From Paraspadella gotoi (Eukaryota; Animalia; Chaetognatha), in assembly GCA_051294375.1 (NCBI GenBank), contig CM119263.1, positions 14,090,414 to 14,154,413 on the forward strand: a stretch of DNA of 64,000 nt. Reading direction: 5' to 3'. Positions 1 to 13,494 of this stretch are shown piece by piece. Within the stretch, counting starts at the first letter, position 1. Every line of letters starts with the position of its first letter. The notes beneath the pieces were generated by a model. The model was not told the DNA's origin, did not search any database, and saw only the letters and a program-made list of their open reading frames with translations. Both the position numbers and the translations under genes were made by a program.

Positions 1-341
1 TTTTAAATATTTCATGTTGTCAGCCTGCATCGATCAATATATATTCTATCTAAATTTTACTTTTCCTCGAATACTTCAAAAAGCTAAAGATTACAAATAG
101 CAATTGAGATTGATGTGCTTGTTATATAAACGAACATTTGCTTGACATCGTCCGAGAATTGGCCTTCACATGCACATGCCATAGTTGAACGGAGTTAGTT
201 TTGTTATTTATATGAAACTGGTACAACCAATATAAAAATTATCCATTCATTTAATAAATAAGTATAAATAAGCATCTCGTGGTTATACATAAATATATAA
301 TTTTTCTTTCTTTAAACGATAGCAAGATAACGTTTTAAAAA

Positions 342-1590
342 ATGTCTCAACATTCGTCCACTGCTAAATCGAATAAATCTAAAAATAAATCGACTAAAAA
401 AGTCAAGCCCCGTAAACTAAAGCTTGACCCATCTGCGTGGGGAGACGAAAAACCGGTGGATTTTATCCTTTCGGGACTAGAGGAAGATATCATCGTTGGC
501 AACGGAAACGAGACGATTCCAAAGACGTCAATATCCACTATCCGAGCCCCAAACGGCTCAAATCCCCCTCCCTCTTCAACACGGAAACCGTCGCTACCGA
601 CGTCGACTTTTGTCGATAAACAGGCGCAAATCTTCGTCGAGGGAAAGAGACGGTTCGTCGCCAAATCCGCCCAACATGTGGCCGAGGAACAGGAAAGAAT
701 GAGATTACAGCGTCGTTTTGATTACGACCCGTCGAGTAACGATTCACGAGGAAACGTGGATTCTCGTGATTTCCGATCCACGAATCTTATCCAAATCGCT
801 ATCCACTTTCAGACATTTTTTCAAAGATTTGCCCACTTGACGCATGGCGTCCTTGCTGGCTTCTGCACTTGGCAGTGCGTCGTCGTTTACTTACTTTATC
901 GAGCCGGCGAGAATGTTATTGCCAACGGTGGGCTCGACTTTGTCTTTGGGCTCTACGCACCTTTAGCGATGCCAGTTAACAGCGCATTGGCTTTTTTGTT
1001 AACTGTGGCGTTTCTCTCCGCGCTGGATGATTTGGACATCGCCTCGTCCGACTCGCGAGCCGTAATCTGCCCCCAATTCGTCACGTTATATTCTGTCTTG
1101 CGAGCTTTTTTAATGCCGGTTCTTATTGTTTCCTTCGTCATCAACAACGTACTCGTTCAAAAAGAAAGCACAATCAGGTGATTGATTTATAATTATTTTA
1201 TTGAATTGATTGATTGATTGATTGGTTTTAGCGAATTGACGCATTGATTAGAGGGATTGCTTAATAGATTTATCCAGTGTTTTACAGTATGTATGTATGT
1301 GAACGATTGAATAACTTTTAGTGTTTTATCATTTCCATGATTTTTCTTTTTACAGCAACTTAGGAATTCCCGGCCTGAACATGAGTAGCGGTTGGAACAC
1401 GACCCAGACAACCCTACGGCGCGATCTCGCCATATCGTGGTTAAGCCTTAACATGGCCCGATCCATCGCGGCACTTTTGAGTTGGTGCCTCGTGGTTGTG
1501 GCGCGTCGCGAAGGTGGCGTTGGGGACGCCCAGATTTTGACATTGACGCGGAGAAAGGCGGATCTGTTGGGGGAGGGAAGGGGTGGTTAA
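342..1590 (+). CDS. TMEM237: Transmembrane protein 237 (transition-zone/Joubert protein), 2 exons (342-1177, 1356-1590)
   Basis: QIFVEGKRRF...FQRFAHLTHGVLAGFCTWQCVVVY...FLLTVAFLSALD and C-terminal WLSLNMARSIAALLSWCLV follow the TMEM237 four-TM pattern. GT..AG intron 1178-1355 is phase-compatible. Confidence 0.85.
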
Positions 1591-1922
1591 TTACTAGGAT
1601 TCGTTGAAAGATATAATAAATGTTGTTCATTTAAATGTTCACTTAATAAATTAATTGCAGAAAGTAAAAGTAAAAAAAAGACAATCAAAAAACCACAAAT
1701 TCTTCTCGAAACGATTTCTTCTTTACACTCTCAAGCCGAAGATTTAACAAGTGAGAAATTAAATTAAATTAATTTCAATGTAGTAATTAAAAAGCGTATT
1801 TATACTAAAATCACAAGAAACTAAAAATGTAAAATTTCAGGTAATTCATTGTTTTTGAGCACTCGTCCATCTCCACGGTCGAAACAACTTCACGGATAGC
1901 CGCCACAACAAACCTCTTGACC

Positions 1923-4534
1923 ATGTCACGCGCGGCCTCAGCCCACTCTTCGGGAAATTCGTCTGATGAAGCGACGACTTCTCGAGCCGACGCACTGGGC
2001 GGTACTACCGAGGCCAAAGGATCCCGCGCAGCGAGTTCTGTTGGAAAAAAGTCGAAAAAAAGGGATAAAGAGGCAAAGAAGGTAAGAATTTTTGAGACGT
2101 TCTACCGAACTTTTTAGTGACCTTTTAAATTTCAATCCTAATTCCAAAATGGTGATTTTGTTGGGAGAATCTGAAAGAGAAATAACTAATCTATTTCAAA
2201 ACTTTTCTATTCTTTTGCGTATTTTTGTCATATACTCAGACAAATGTAATTATTCTTGGTTGTTCGTAGTTGTCTTTTTTTGGCTCTCTGTCTAGAAAAG
2301 GAGCAAATGTACATATTATTGCACTCATCATTCGTCTCGTCCTGTCTTTTCAGAGTTTTTGTAAATTCGCTGTAGCAATAGCATGGTAAGGTAATTAGTA
2401 ACACAATATTAAGAATACAAATTAGATGTTGGTTTTCATTGAAATTTCTCTGTTTTATTGCAAAAAATATATGTAAAAGATTATGAGGTGTTTGATTAAA
2501 AACTATTTTGAATAATTTCCTTTTACTTTTTAGGAACTTCAACGAGCTTTGGCAAATGCAAAGATTTGGGAAACAAGGTTGGACGTTTGCGAAAGGTCTC
2601 GGCTAGAGTACAGAACAACGGCAAAGAGGTGATTGTGTGTATAATAAATATGATTATCAGTGGCAAAAATTTTGCGAATAATAATAAAAAAGCTAACATT
2701 ATGTAAACTATAATTTAAATATTTGTACTCTCATAATTTTTTACCCGCGCTTGAATCTCGCTCCCTTCCTCTTTCCGGCAGACTGGTTATGGAGAATGAG
2801 GAGTTACGAGGTCAAATGAAACAGACGGAACACGATACCATTGACGTCATTACTTACCTTAAAAAGGAGGACCAGGACAAAGACGAACAAATATTCAAGC
2901 TCCAGCAGGTACACGCCGCCGAAACTCACATTATTTCATTTTAAAGTATAAGATGTATAATATGAATAACAAGTGCATTTGAAGTAATTTTTTTGTCATT
3001 GGTAATAAATGAGAAATCAAATAATATAAAACTTTCGACAAGGAAATGAAACGCGTGCGCCTGGACGCAAAGCGCGATAAAGCTGAGTTGATAGACTCAT
3101 GCAACCAAAAGATCCTTCGTCTGGAAGAGGAATTGGATCGGAAGTCGCAGGAGTTGGACGTAATGAAGGGAGAGTTGAAGCTGGTCAAGGAGTTCCGAAG
3201 AAAAAGGGCGGCCATGCAGAAAGAGCTCGACGAGATCAAGGTGTGATTAACCTAACTATTTCTGAACAAGAATTGAGGACTGATTGTTCGAACGATCGCT
3301 CCAGGACGCATTCGACACGACCACCAAAGAACACAAGTCTCGTATTCATCGAATGGAGCAGAAGTTTTTCGAGGAGAAAATGCGGCTGCAGCAGGAGGCG
3401 AATCAAAAAATCGCCGAGCTGGCGGAACGCGCTCACAGCGAGGCAATAAAAAACCTCGACGAAACCACAAAAGACGTCTATAAGGGTGAATAACTATTAA
3501 CTAAATATATAGACTAATTTATGAAGAACAGATTTTTGTTCTGATGCAAAAAATTTATTTTTTTTCTTCTGATTGACGGCAGAAAACGTTCGGGCTAACG
3601 AAGCTCTGAGCTACCACATCACTAAAGGTGACGAACTCGATAAATTGAAATCTGCTCTTCTCGAAGAAAACCAGACTTTGAGGGAGGAGAAGGAGATTCA
3701 CAATAAGCTCATCGAAGATCGGGTCAAGCAGGCCAAACAAGACAGGGACACGATTAAGGTGATTAAGATGTCACGAACAAAATATCAAAACGAATAAAGA
3801 AAGGCTCTCGGCAATGAATCAATATGAATTACCGAAGTTGGAAAAATTTGGGTAAATCTCGAAAAAAATCCTTTTTAGGCGTTGCGTGAAAACGTAGAAA
3901 CGTTGGAGCGATCGCTTAATCTCATGGTGCTCGAGTTTGACCGGGACCGCCAAACGTCCTTGGCGGAGGCAGAAAGAAAGATGAAGCTGCAGGGACAAGA
4001 ATGTGAAAGACTTAAGACCCTTCTATCCATTAAGGGGGAGGAGCTTCAACAGGTTGATCCCCCTTTTCTCTGGTTATCAATAAAAGGGCATTTCTATAGG
4101 CTTAAATGTATATATTCTTTGTACTTTTAGATCAAAAGATTAGGAAGAAGGATTCTGCATCAAAGATCCGAAGTTGAAACTTTTTTTCATACCGGTAAAT
4201 ATTTTGAATTATCCAGCTTTGTTAAATAATCAATTGAATAATCATTAATTAATCAATCAATCAATCAGCTTTGGAGGAAGTCCGTCGAGAGATAAAAGCA
4301 AACCAGGCAGTTTATGTTCGAGAGTCTCAACGCATTTACACAACCCGGATGAGAGAAGCGGCGCTTGGGCGCGACTCCTTTCCGCCTGTGAGAACATTTA
4401 CCAAAGGGAACGCCATGACCAGCACCAATACAGTCTTTAAGGATCTGGAGGGTGCAGATGACTTCGATTTAGCAAAGAAAGGTGAATGAAAGTGCAAAGA
4501 AAAGTTTAAGGAAGCCTAAGAAAAAAAAGGAAAA

Positions 4535-4587
<53 letters not shown>

Positions 4588-5266
4588 CAAAAGAAAAAAA
4601 GAAAAAAAGAAAAAAATAAGTAGTAATTTGTAAAAACAAACACAAAAACAAACAAACTTTAAACCAGGTTCGTCTTCGGTAGACGTAGCTGAAATGACTT
4701 GGGAGCAAAAGGAGCGCGTGCTTCGTGCTCTCTTCGCGATGATGAACAGCTCAACAAAGAAACGAAAAACTGCAAGCGAAGATTTCGGCGCTTCGACGTT
4801 GCGTCCGACGCCAGCGTTCCTTGAAGCCACAACGGGGCGACGCCCCATCCCGATCATTGCTGACCCGACGCGGCTGGCAATTGAACCGGCGTCGGCAAGC
4901 GCTTCTACCGACGTCCTATTCGGTGATATTCAGCAAAGCGTCACGTCAAACTTTAGGTTAATATAATTAAAGCTGGCGAGATGCACGAGAGCATTTAAAA
5001 TTCTTTGAATTTGATGATTTTTATTTTTCAGCGATGGAACCACGCCGCGTATTTCCGACGGAACAGCGCGTTTGGAGGCATCTGGTAATGCAGGCGCCAA
5101 CCTCTCGATCTCTGAGACCGGTGTCGGCGTTTTGTCAACGAAGGATGCTGGGCTCTCGAGTGTTTTTCCAACGTCGTTGCCGAAGGCTCTCCCAGAAATT
5201 CAAGTGCCGACCTTGACGACAGAACAAAATCTGGCGATGGCGGCCGGTGGAGAGGCTAATGGCTAA
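1923..5266 (+). CDS. BBOF1: Basal body orientation factor 1 (CCDC176), multi-exon coiled-coil protein
   Basis: Exon from 2534 reads ELQRALANAKIWETRLDVCERSRLEYR; later exons give DVITYLKKEDQDKDEQI, RMEQKFFEEKMRL, HQRSEVETFF and MTWEQKERVLRALFAMMN. GT-AG introns traced. Confidence 0.9.
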
Positions 5267-5422
5267 ATAAACAGGGCAAATATCATAATCATTGAATGTC
5301 ATTTACTTGCCAAATACACAATTTTCATCTTCCAATTTCGTATTTTCATGTTTTTGCATTTTTTACATAGAAAAATTGGACAAATTTTTTTTTCCTTTAT
5401 GCCAATTTTGGTTTTAACCATT

Positions 5423-8323
5423 ATGTCGAACAACGGTCGAGGATTTCTCGGGTTTGAGACAGGACATCGACCCGATGAAGTGGAACGACTGGCAAAGAGA
5501 TTTTCCCATGGGGTAAAGACGAATAAGATTCCGCATGCGGACTACGAGAAACTGGAAACAATGCTGTTGGAAAAAAAGGCAAGGCGAAGAAGAATAAATG
5601 CAAGATAAAAAAGATAATAATTTTTAGGATTAATTGAAAAATTGAACCTGTTTTTAAAAATGGCTAAAACCTTAAAAATAAAACTTCAATAATGTTACCC
5701 AAGATGGCAGCAAACCAGAGCGCGCTCAAATTCAAGAAGATGAAGCAGGCCTCTCGTCAGAATCGCGGGTCGGGGTTGCTGCACCAGCACCGGGCCATTT
5801 GGAAGGACGCCTCGCGTCGAATGGCGGAGGAACGAGGGCGCACGGAACGAGATCTAAGGGCGTTTCTTAAGATTGCATGCGACCAAGACTCAGATTCTAA
5901 AATCATTTTCGATTCAATGGATCGAGGAATCGCCGCTTTGGGCGAGGAGCTGAAGGTTGGCAACGTCATAGTAATTGTTTTGTTCTTAATTAGGATTTAA
6001 ATCATCAAGTTGAAATTTTTTAGGTGTTCCGCGATGAGATTGTGTCGCCGCTGTGGTTGCTTCGGGATGAAGCGAAGTCGTGGTCGAAACGCACGGCGGC
6101 TTTGGATGCCAGGGGCGTGGAGGAAATGAAGCCCGAGCGTTTGGGGACTCTTAAGGAAGAGGACGAAGAGGAGGAAAGTGAGCGGAACAAAGAAATCTCG
6201 GTTATTAATGGTGTTAAAACAATAAATTTCTTTTTTTATTTAACTATTCTTTCGTAATTCGCTTCGCAGTTACGGAGGAGGAAAAGCTGTCGTCGTTATT
6301 TTCGTCGTCGTCGAAACGTATTTCGGAAATCTACGATGTCCTCAAAAACGAGGAGGATTCTCTTACTCGTCAACTCCAACGGTTGACCGATGACTTGAAA
6401 GAGGTGAGACAAGATCTCCGCGTTGATTTACTTCCTTCGCTTTTTCAGCCAACGATCCTTTCCAGGTTTTCGATACCGAAGAAATCCGAGAACGGGACAT
6501 CTTGGTCGGATATCCTCTAGAATTAGATCAGTGGTCATGCCCGGCTGAAGAACTCAGGATCGACGCAAGGGAGGAATTCCGCTATATTGGTTTGCTGATT
6601 AGCTTTGTTAGTTTTTTTTTTATTTTTTTTTTTTTTTTTAATTTTTTATTTTTTTAGTCTAATGTCATGTACGATATTTTAATCTTCATTCAGACGAGAT
6701 ATTTATGTCAAAGCTTCGAGAACACGACTCTTACTATGGTGACTTCCGCAAAGCGGCCACCGAATGGTCGGATTCGGATCACGTTACTTTTCTTCTGCTT
6801 CTCGACCAATATCCATCGGGCGTTGCCGAGAACAACGCTGTACTCTTGGCCGACCGCCTGGCGAAGACCTTCCCGGGAAAGACGAGGATGGAAATTGTTA
6901 ATCATCAGAGGTAAGTAGCAACAGATTGCCACCGTGACTCCATGCACATTTTTATCATCTTTATATAATTACATGATTGAAAGCTTGCAGAAACCTGCTA
7001 TTTTATTATCTTGTAAGTGTGATGGAGGCCTTAAACCACCAAAGCCTGTCCAAAGTCAGGGACAAGATAGCTTATTTATTAAATGAATGGATAATTTTTA
7101 TATTGGTTGTACCAATTTCATAATTATTTTCATACTATGTAGCCGGTGCCGAAAAATGGCTCAATATGCGGATAAGAAAGAAAGCATATTCAACGATTGG
7201 AAACGTCACAGAAATGAACTCTTAGAGCAGGTTGTGCTCATTACCTCTTGTTTATTTATTTGTTCCGTTACGGTAATTCTCCATACACCATCGCAGGTTA
7301 AACTGGTATTTGACGAAGCAGTCCAACTGACTGAGCTGGAGAAGGTCGCTGAGGAAGGTCGTCAACTGCAGGACAGAAAATGTCAGGCTTTGATGGAACA
7401 AGTGCAGGAATGGAGAGAGAAAAAAATGGAGGCGTGGCATCTGCAGCAAGTAGCTCTTTCACTGTTTTGGTAGTTATTTTTTTATTAAATTGACTTCCTT
7501 GTTGGTTTTTTATTTACAAAGCAATTGAGCGAGGAGATGCGAAAGCAACGAGAGGAGGCGGCAAAAAAGGATGAAGAAAAGAGGAAGAAAAAGGCGGAAG
7601 AGAATAAACAAAAGATCAACGCGTTTCATCAAGAAAAACAAAAGGAATGTAGTGAATGGATAAAAGATACGCAAAAAAGGTTTGTACCATTTTTGAGGTT
7701 CGTTACCATCGACCGGGTGACCGGGTTAACCTGGGGATGCACCACTCAGGCTGCGAGAACTAGAGTCGGAGTTGACGGCTCAGGCCGAGGTTAACGCGCA
7801 TCGCGTGGAATTTCGCGCCCGAATGTTGGAGGAAAAGAAAGCCGCAGCGCGGCGGCGCGAGGAGGAAGAGGCCGAAGAGCGACGGCGCCGTGAGGCGGCG
7901 CTTGACGCCCTCAGAGCTACCGTTAGCGTCGAAGCAGAAGTCGATCTCACCAGGCTTTACGGGGACACGGCCGCGACAAGAGAAAGATACGGCAAAAACC
8001 CGCAAACATGGTACAAACTAATGACTGTAAAGTATAACTAAAGTAATAATTTTCTATACATGAAAGAAAAATTACAATCTCCTGACAGGGTCAAGGACGA
8101 TGACTACGAAAAAGCCTCTGCCACCCTTCATTGTCACCTATCGGGTCCGCGACTATTTTACACTGACGCTCAGATCCTTTCCGACAAACGCGTGCGCGCG
8201 GAAATGCTTCTCCGCGACGCGGGGGTGCAGTTCGGGGATTACACACGTAATATGATCCGCGGGATAAAACCACCGCAAGAACCCCGTCGAGATCAGCTTC
8301 GTTCCGACATCGATAAAAGTTGA
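5423..8323 (+). CDS. CCDC148: Coiled-coil domain-containing protein 148
   Basis: N-terminal DYEKLETMLLEKK-MAANQSALKFKK...LLHQHRAIW and C-terminal YTDAQILSDKRVRAEMLLRDAG...IKPPQEPRRD match the CCDC148 family. The first intron is GC-AG (5579-5703). Confidence 0.85.
6975..7121 (-). repeat. Dispersed ~150-bp repeat family A (copy in a CCDC148 intron)
   Basis: Reverse complement of 17632-17776; partial copies at ~212-262, ~27643-27664 and ~28341-28440. Confidence 0.8.
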
Positions 8324-8566
8324 GGCGGCCATGTCAACTGCAGCAACTTAAACAAAAATCTTCTTTTGACTTACCTATTTGTCGAATCTAACTTACCCGT
8401 TATATATTTTATATATATTTTATATATATATATATTTTTATATATTTTCCCCGTTGTATATTTTTTTTTCTCTGATAAAAGACAATTAGAGACATCGATC
8501 GCCTTGCAACACCCGGACTCTTTCTCGATTCCTACTCCTCCCCTTCACCAACTATCACTCTTCACA

Positions 8567-11500
8567 ATGCTGGTTCCCATTTTTACCCTTAAACTGAACC
8601 ATAAAATCAGCCCCCGCACGGTGGCGGTGGGCAAGTACGACGGGCATAATCCCTGCCTAACGGGGGCAACGACGGCCGGCAAGGTCTTCGTTCACGATCC
8701 ACAAGGGCGCTCGCTGGGAGGCGGAGCCGGGCAAGGCTTGTCCGTCTCAAGACTTGCAAACGCTCCCGGGGAGAACGACCTCAACATGTTGTCGATAAAT
8801 CAAGCCGTTACTGCCGTTGCAACCGGAATTCTTAATCCCGCGGGTAAAAAAATTCGTGTCAATTTATGATGCATAGGTCGCCCTAAAACATATAAAAACC
8901 TACAAGGTACGCCGGGAGAGGCGCTCGTGATTGGCAGTCAAACGAATATCCTCGCTTACGATGTGATGCAAAACTCGGACCTATTCTACAAGGACGTACC
9001 TGACGGAGTTAATGCTTTGCTCGTTGGTTGTCTGGGCAGCATCGAACAACCCATGGCAATCGCAGGAGGAAATTGCTCTTTGCAGGGTTTCGATTATCAG
9101 GTTAAGGAAAAGTCTATATTGGAACAATAAAAGGAGTAATTTTTCTAAAGATTTAAATAAAACTTTTACCCCAGGGCGAAGACGCCTTTTGGACGGTGAC
9201 GGGCGATAACGTTTGCTCTTTGGCATTGAGTGACTTTACGGGGGACGGCCGCTTGGAACTCGTCGTCGGCTCCGAAGACTTTGACATCCGCGTTTTTCGA
9301 GAAGACGAAATCATCGCCGAGATGACAGAGACGGAAGCTATCACATCCCTCTGCGCCATGTGGGGAGCGAGATTCGGATACTCGCTCGCTAACGGCACTG
9401 TCGGAGTCTATGAAAAGAACTCAAGGTAACTATGACTATCAAAAATCTGGAGCTATCGGTTTGTTGAATGTTGATCTATTGGCGCTTTCATTACAAGTGG
9501 AGTTACTCACTGCCGAGTATGCTGTTCACACTTTCAAGAGAACGGTTAAATCAGAAGAATCGGGATTAAGTGGAGATTTTACTGAGGTTTAAATTACAAT
9601 ATATATTAGTAACTTTTAAATATTGTCTTTTCTTCTTTTGCAGGTACTGGCGCATAAAGTCTAAGAACCAACCCGTCTCGATTTTCGCGTTCGACCTTGA
9701 CAACGATGGCGTCCCTGAACTCATCACGGGTTGGTCTTCCGGAAAGATCGACGCACGGAGCGACAGAACTGGGGAAGTTGTGTTTAAAGACAACTTTCCC
9801 AATCCAATCGCCGGTAGTAAATGTTGTTGTTCCTATTTCATTGTATTTTCTTTTCACCTCCTTTCTTTTTTTCTTTTTCTCGTTTTCACCAGGAATTGTG
9901 GAGGGCGACTACCGGTTAGACGGCAACAACGAGTTGATCTGCTGTTCGATCGAGGGTGAGATTCGCGGTTACCTTGCCGCCGCCAAGGAAATTCAAGGAA
10001 ACCTCATGGGCGTCAATTTGGAGCAGGTAATTTAATTGAGAAGTAGACTCGCATTAAAAAAAATTGATTGTTACCGAATACTACTTTAGGACACGGTGCG
10101 TGACCTCTCGAATCGTAAGCAGAACCTCCTCCTTGAACTCCGCAACTACGAAGAAAATCAAAAAGCCGCAGCCATGAGTCCAGGATCCGTTGAGATCGAC
10201 GGCACGCAGCTCGGAATAATTCCCGCCAACACGCAACTGCAGACGGCTATAAATGTCAATTTGGGTAACTATTTTTTGTGGCCTTTTTTTGGGGGGGGGG
10301 GTGACCGGGGGGTGGTCTGGAGAAGTGTTTGAAAACCATAATTTGTTATTCGAGAAAAAAAGTTCCCTTTTATTTTGTTGAATGCATGTTGCAATTTTTG
10401 CATATATCCCTAGGAACAGAAACGCAAAGACCCCACGTCGAATTGACAGTGGCCACGACTAACGAGACTGTCCTGCGCGCGGTACTCATATTCGGCGAAG
10501 GAATTTTTGAGGGGGAATCTCATGTCGTTCACCCAAACATCGCTAACGCCTCCTCTGCGCTCAGAATTCCTATTGTTCCTCCTAAGGTTTTTAAACTTTT
10601 TCTTATCCCAATTTATATTAAATTTTTTGCAATTTTTTTCAGTCTTTTAACAATTTATTGATTGATTGTTTATTTTTCTTTATATTTTAAACATCTCCAG
10701 GACGTTCCAGTTGATCTACATATCAAATCTCTGGTGGGATTCCGTAACAGCACGCAACATCACGTGTTTGAACTCACCCGCCAGCTTCCGCGCTTTTCAA
10801 TGTACGCTCTTTGGAGGCCATCCATTCGTATTCCTTCACTGGAGGCCACTGCTTCAGAAGGCGGCACGCCTGCAGGCGGTGGGAGTGGCCCCCCTGAACC
10901 CAAGGGTAACGTGACTTTCTCCATAAACGAAAGATTGCAGCGTGTCTTATTGTGGGTCAATCAGAACTTTCTCATGGACGAGGATCTCAAGGTTGAGCCA
11001 GGAGGGGCTCTCCAGGCTGTTTTTATTTCCCTGCGAGGCTCTGGGCCACTTTGGATTCGGATGGAAACTAACGGACAGGTTTGTCTCTCTTATAAGTGGC
11101 TCGGAGAAACTTGATTTTTCGAACGTCCTTTACTTTTTGAAGGTGACCGTCAAAACGGACGACATGGATCTCGCCGGAGACGTGGTCAATGCTCTTTCTA
11201 CATTCCTGAATCTAGACGAGCTGCAAGTAAGTACTGCTCTCTGGAGCACCGTGAACCTCCACAAATGCATCTTGCTATGTTGTTCCAGGTGGTGGCCGAT
11301 TTTCCGGCAGAGATGGAGACGCTCCGCGAAGTGCTTGTGAAGGTTGACGATTTCCACTCAGTTCGGCAGAAACTAACAGCGGAGATGGCGGATCACTCCA
11401 ACCTCATCCGCAATCTCGTCGTCCGCGCCGAGGACGCCAGACTTATGGGCGATATGAGGAACATGAAAAAGGGTTATATGGAGCTCTTTGATCTAAATAG

Positions 11501-11823
11501 GTGGGTAATTTAAAGATATCTATATTGCAAATTATATATTTTCAACTAAATATTTTCAACTAAAACTAAATTAAAGTAAATATTTATGTCAGTTTCATTC
11601 TTTTAATTTTTTTTTCAGAGATTTGATAAATGGTTACAAAATCCGTTGCAACAATCACCAACAACTCTTGAATTGCCTCCGCGTTGTTAACCAGACGATT
11701 CAGAAGGCGGGCAATCTGCGCTATGGTCGCTGTAAATCCGCTCTCGTCACCGCTGCCCGCGGGGCCATCAAGGCCAACAACGTCCAACAACTAATTAAAA
11801 TCATTCGCACGGGTGCCGCTTGA
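8567..11823 (+). CDS. BBS2: Bardet-Biedl syndrome 2 protein (BBSome subunit)
   Basis: [26 protein letters not shown]...; RYWRIKSKN; [25 protein letters not shown]; [15 protein letters not shown]; [11 protein letters not shown]. Confidence 0.97.
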
Positions 11824-12183
11824 AAACTACTGGAAAGAGAAGGAAAAGGCAACACCTTTTAACCCTGTCGCAAAATCACATGAAACAACAACAACAAAAT
11901 CTTCTTAGGAAACGATAACTACTTACCCTGTCTCTCTTTAGCACCACACTCGTTAATGCTTAGACTTCTATACCATCGCATTATTTACTCATCGCTCATT
12001 TCGCGTTCTCTTCTTGCGTGGCGTCATCTTTTATTGTAGTTGTTCAACGCTCACCAATCATGTTAATTTATTTAAGAACTAAAATTACGATTAATTGTTT
12101 TTTTTTATTCTCTCGACATTTGTCTTAGTTTTAAAATAATAGGAAATCAATTAACGACAGCTTCACAATAAAAAGAAATTACC

Positions 12184-13170
12184 ATGGATGCCAGCGATCT
12201 TCAGGCCGGTGACAACATCGTTACCGAATTTGCCACCTATGAGGACTTTCTGGACTCTCAGATCACCCAGCTTGATTTGTACTATTTGGAGGACGAAGAG
12301 CTGGCAAGGCAGTTGGTCGAGCTGGGGTATCGAGGCAGCGGCGAGGTTCTTAAAAGGGACGAATTTGAATCGCGAAAGAAGGCCGCCGAAGCTAATCGCC
12401 TTTCTAAGAAGACACAAAAAAAGGTGTAGATCTTTTTTTATCTATTTCTCGTCTTATATTTCTCCCTTTTTTCGCTCATCACTTAACACTCCTTTTTATT
12501 TATAGGCATTAGCCTCGACAGGGAAAGAACTTCGCACCCCTTTTCTTCGTGCTCTGGCCTCGCGTGAGGAGGCGAACCGCAACGGGAAAATGACGTCGAT
12601 CATCTTTGTACGGGATCGCAACTCGCGCGGTCAAGAGATTTCGGGTTACATCGACTTCGCCCATCGCCTCAAGACAGAAGACTTCGAGTCAGTCTTCTCC
12701 GGTCGGAAGCGAATGCTTCCACGGACGACGGACTTAAGCTTTTACAACTGGGAGACGCAGTCTTCAACATCCAACCCCACGCCAAATTATCAAGGTGAGA
12801 GCGATCTACTAATACTTTTTTCAAAATACTCTTTATTGATCGCAGAAAACAAATACGAAATGCATCCTGTAATTTAACGTATCCAGTATGCTTATTTGTT
12901 ATTAACTTATTATAGTATAGCTTAAATTTTCCTTTGTAATTTTTTTAATATTAATTTTGTGAAATAATTGTTTGGCTAACCTGCTTTTATTCTCAAGTAA
13001 TCGCGGAGAACGCGTCTGGTCTTCTTTTCAAAAACAAGCGCGACCGGAAAATTCTCAACGTGGACCCAAAGGCATCTACGCCGGGCGACAACTCAACGCG
13101 CATAGTTGTTGAGAGTCCCGAGTTCGCACAGATCGTTATCTACGACCATATCACTCGAAGGAAAACTTGA
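12184..13170 (+). CDS. CFAP299: Cilia- and flagella-associated protein 299 (C4orf22), 3 exons
   Basis: [38 protein letters not shown]; [19 protein letters not shown]; last exon [17 protein letters not shown]...[10 protein letters not shown] (TGA 13168-13170). Confidence 0.95.
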
Positions 13171-13494
13171 ACATTTTTTAAGTGGAAGTCGCGATTGGGA
13201 GAATCCGACTGTTTGTTTGTCCCATTAAAATCGCGGAAAGAACTTTCGCATCACTATTTAAGTTTTTTTGTAACATTATTTTAATGATATTGATATTTTT
13301 TCTAGGCCCGGATTGGCTTTGAAGATCTTATGTGAAGTTGTTACTATAAGTTAAAACCCGCATTGTAAAGTCATTCTTTCATCATCATAGTAATAATGAC
13401 ATTTTCGTTTTTTTTTAAGTGAAAAGATACTACCATAGAACCTAACTTAGAAAACTGATCGTAGATATTTATTGAAGCCAATCAAAATCACAAA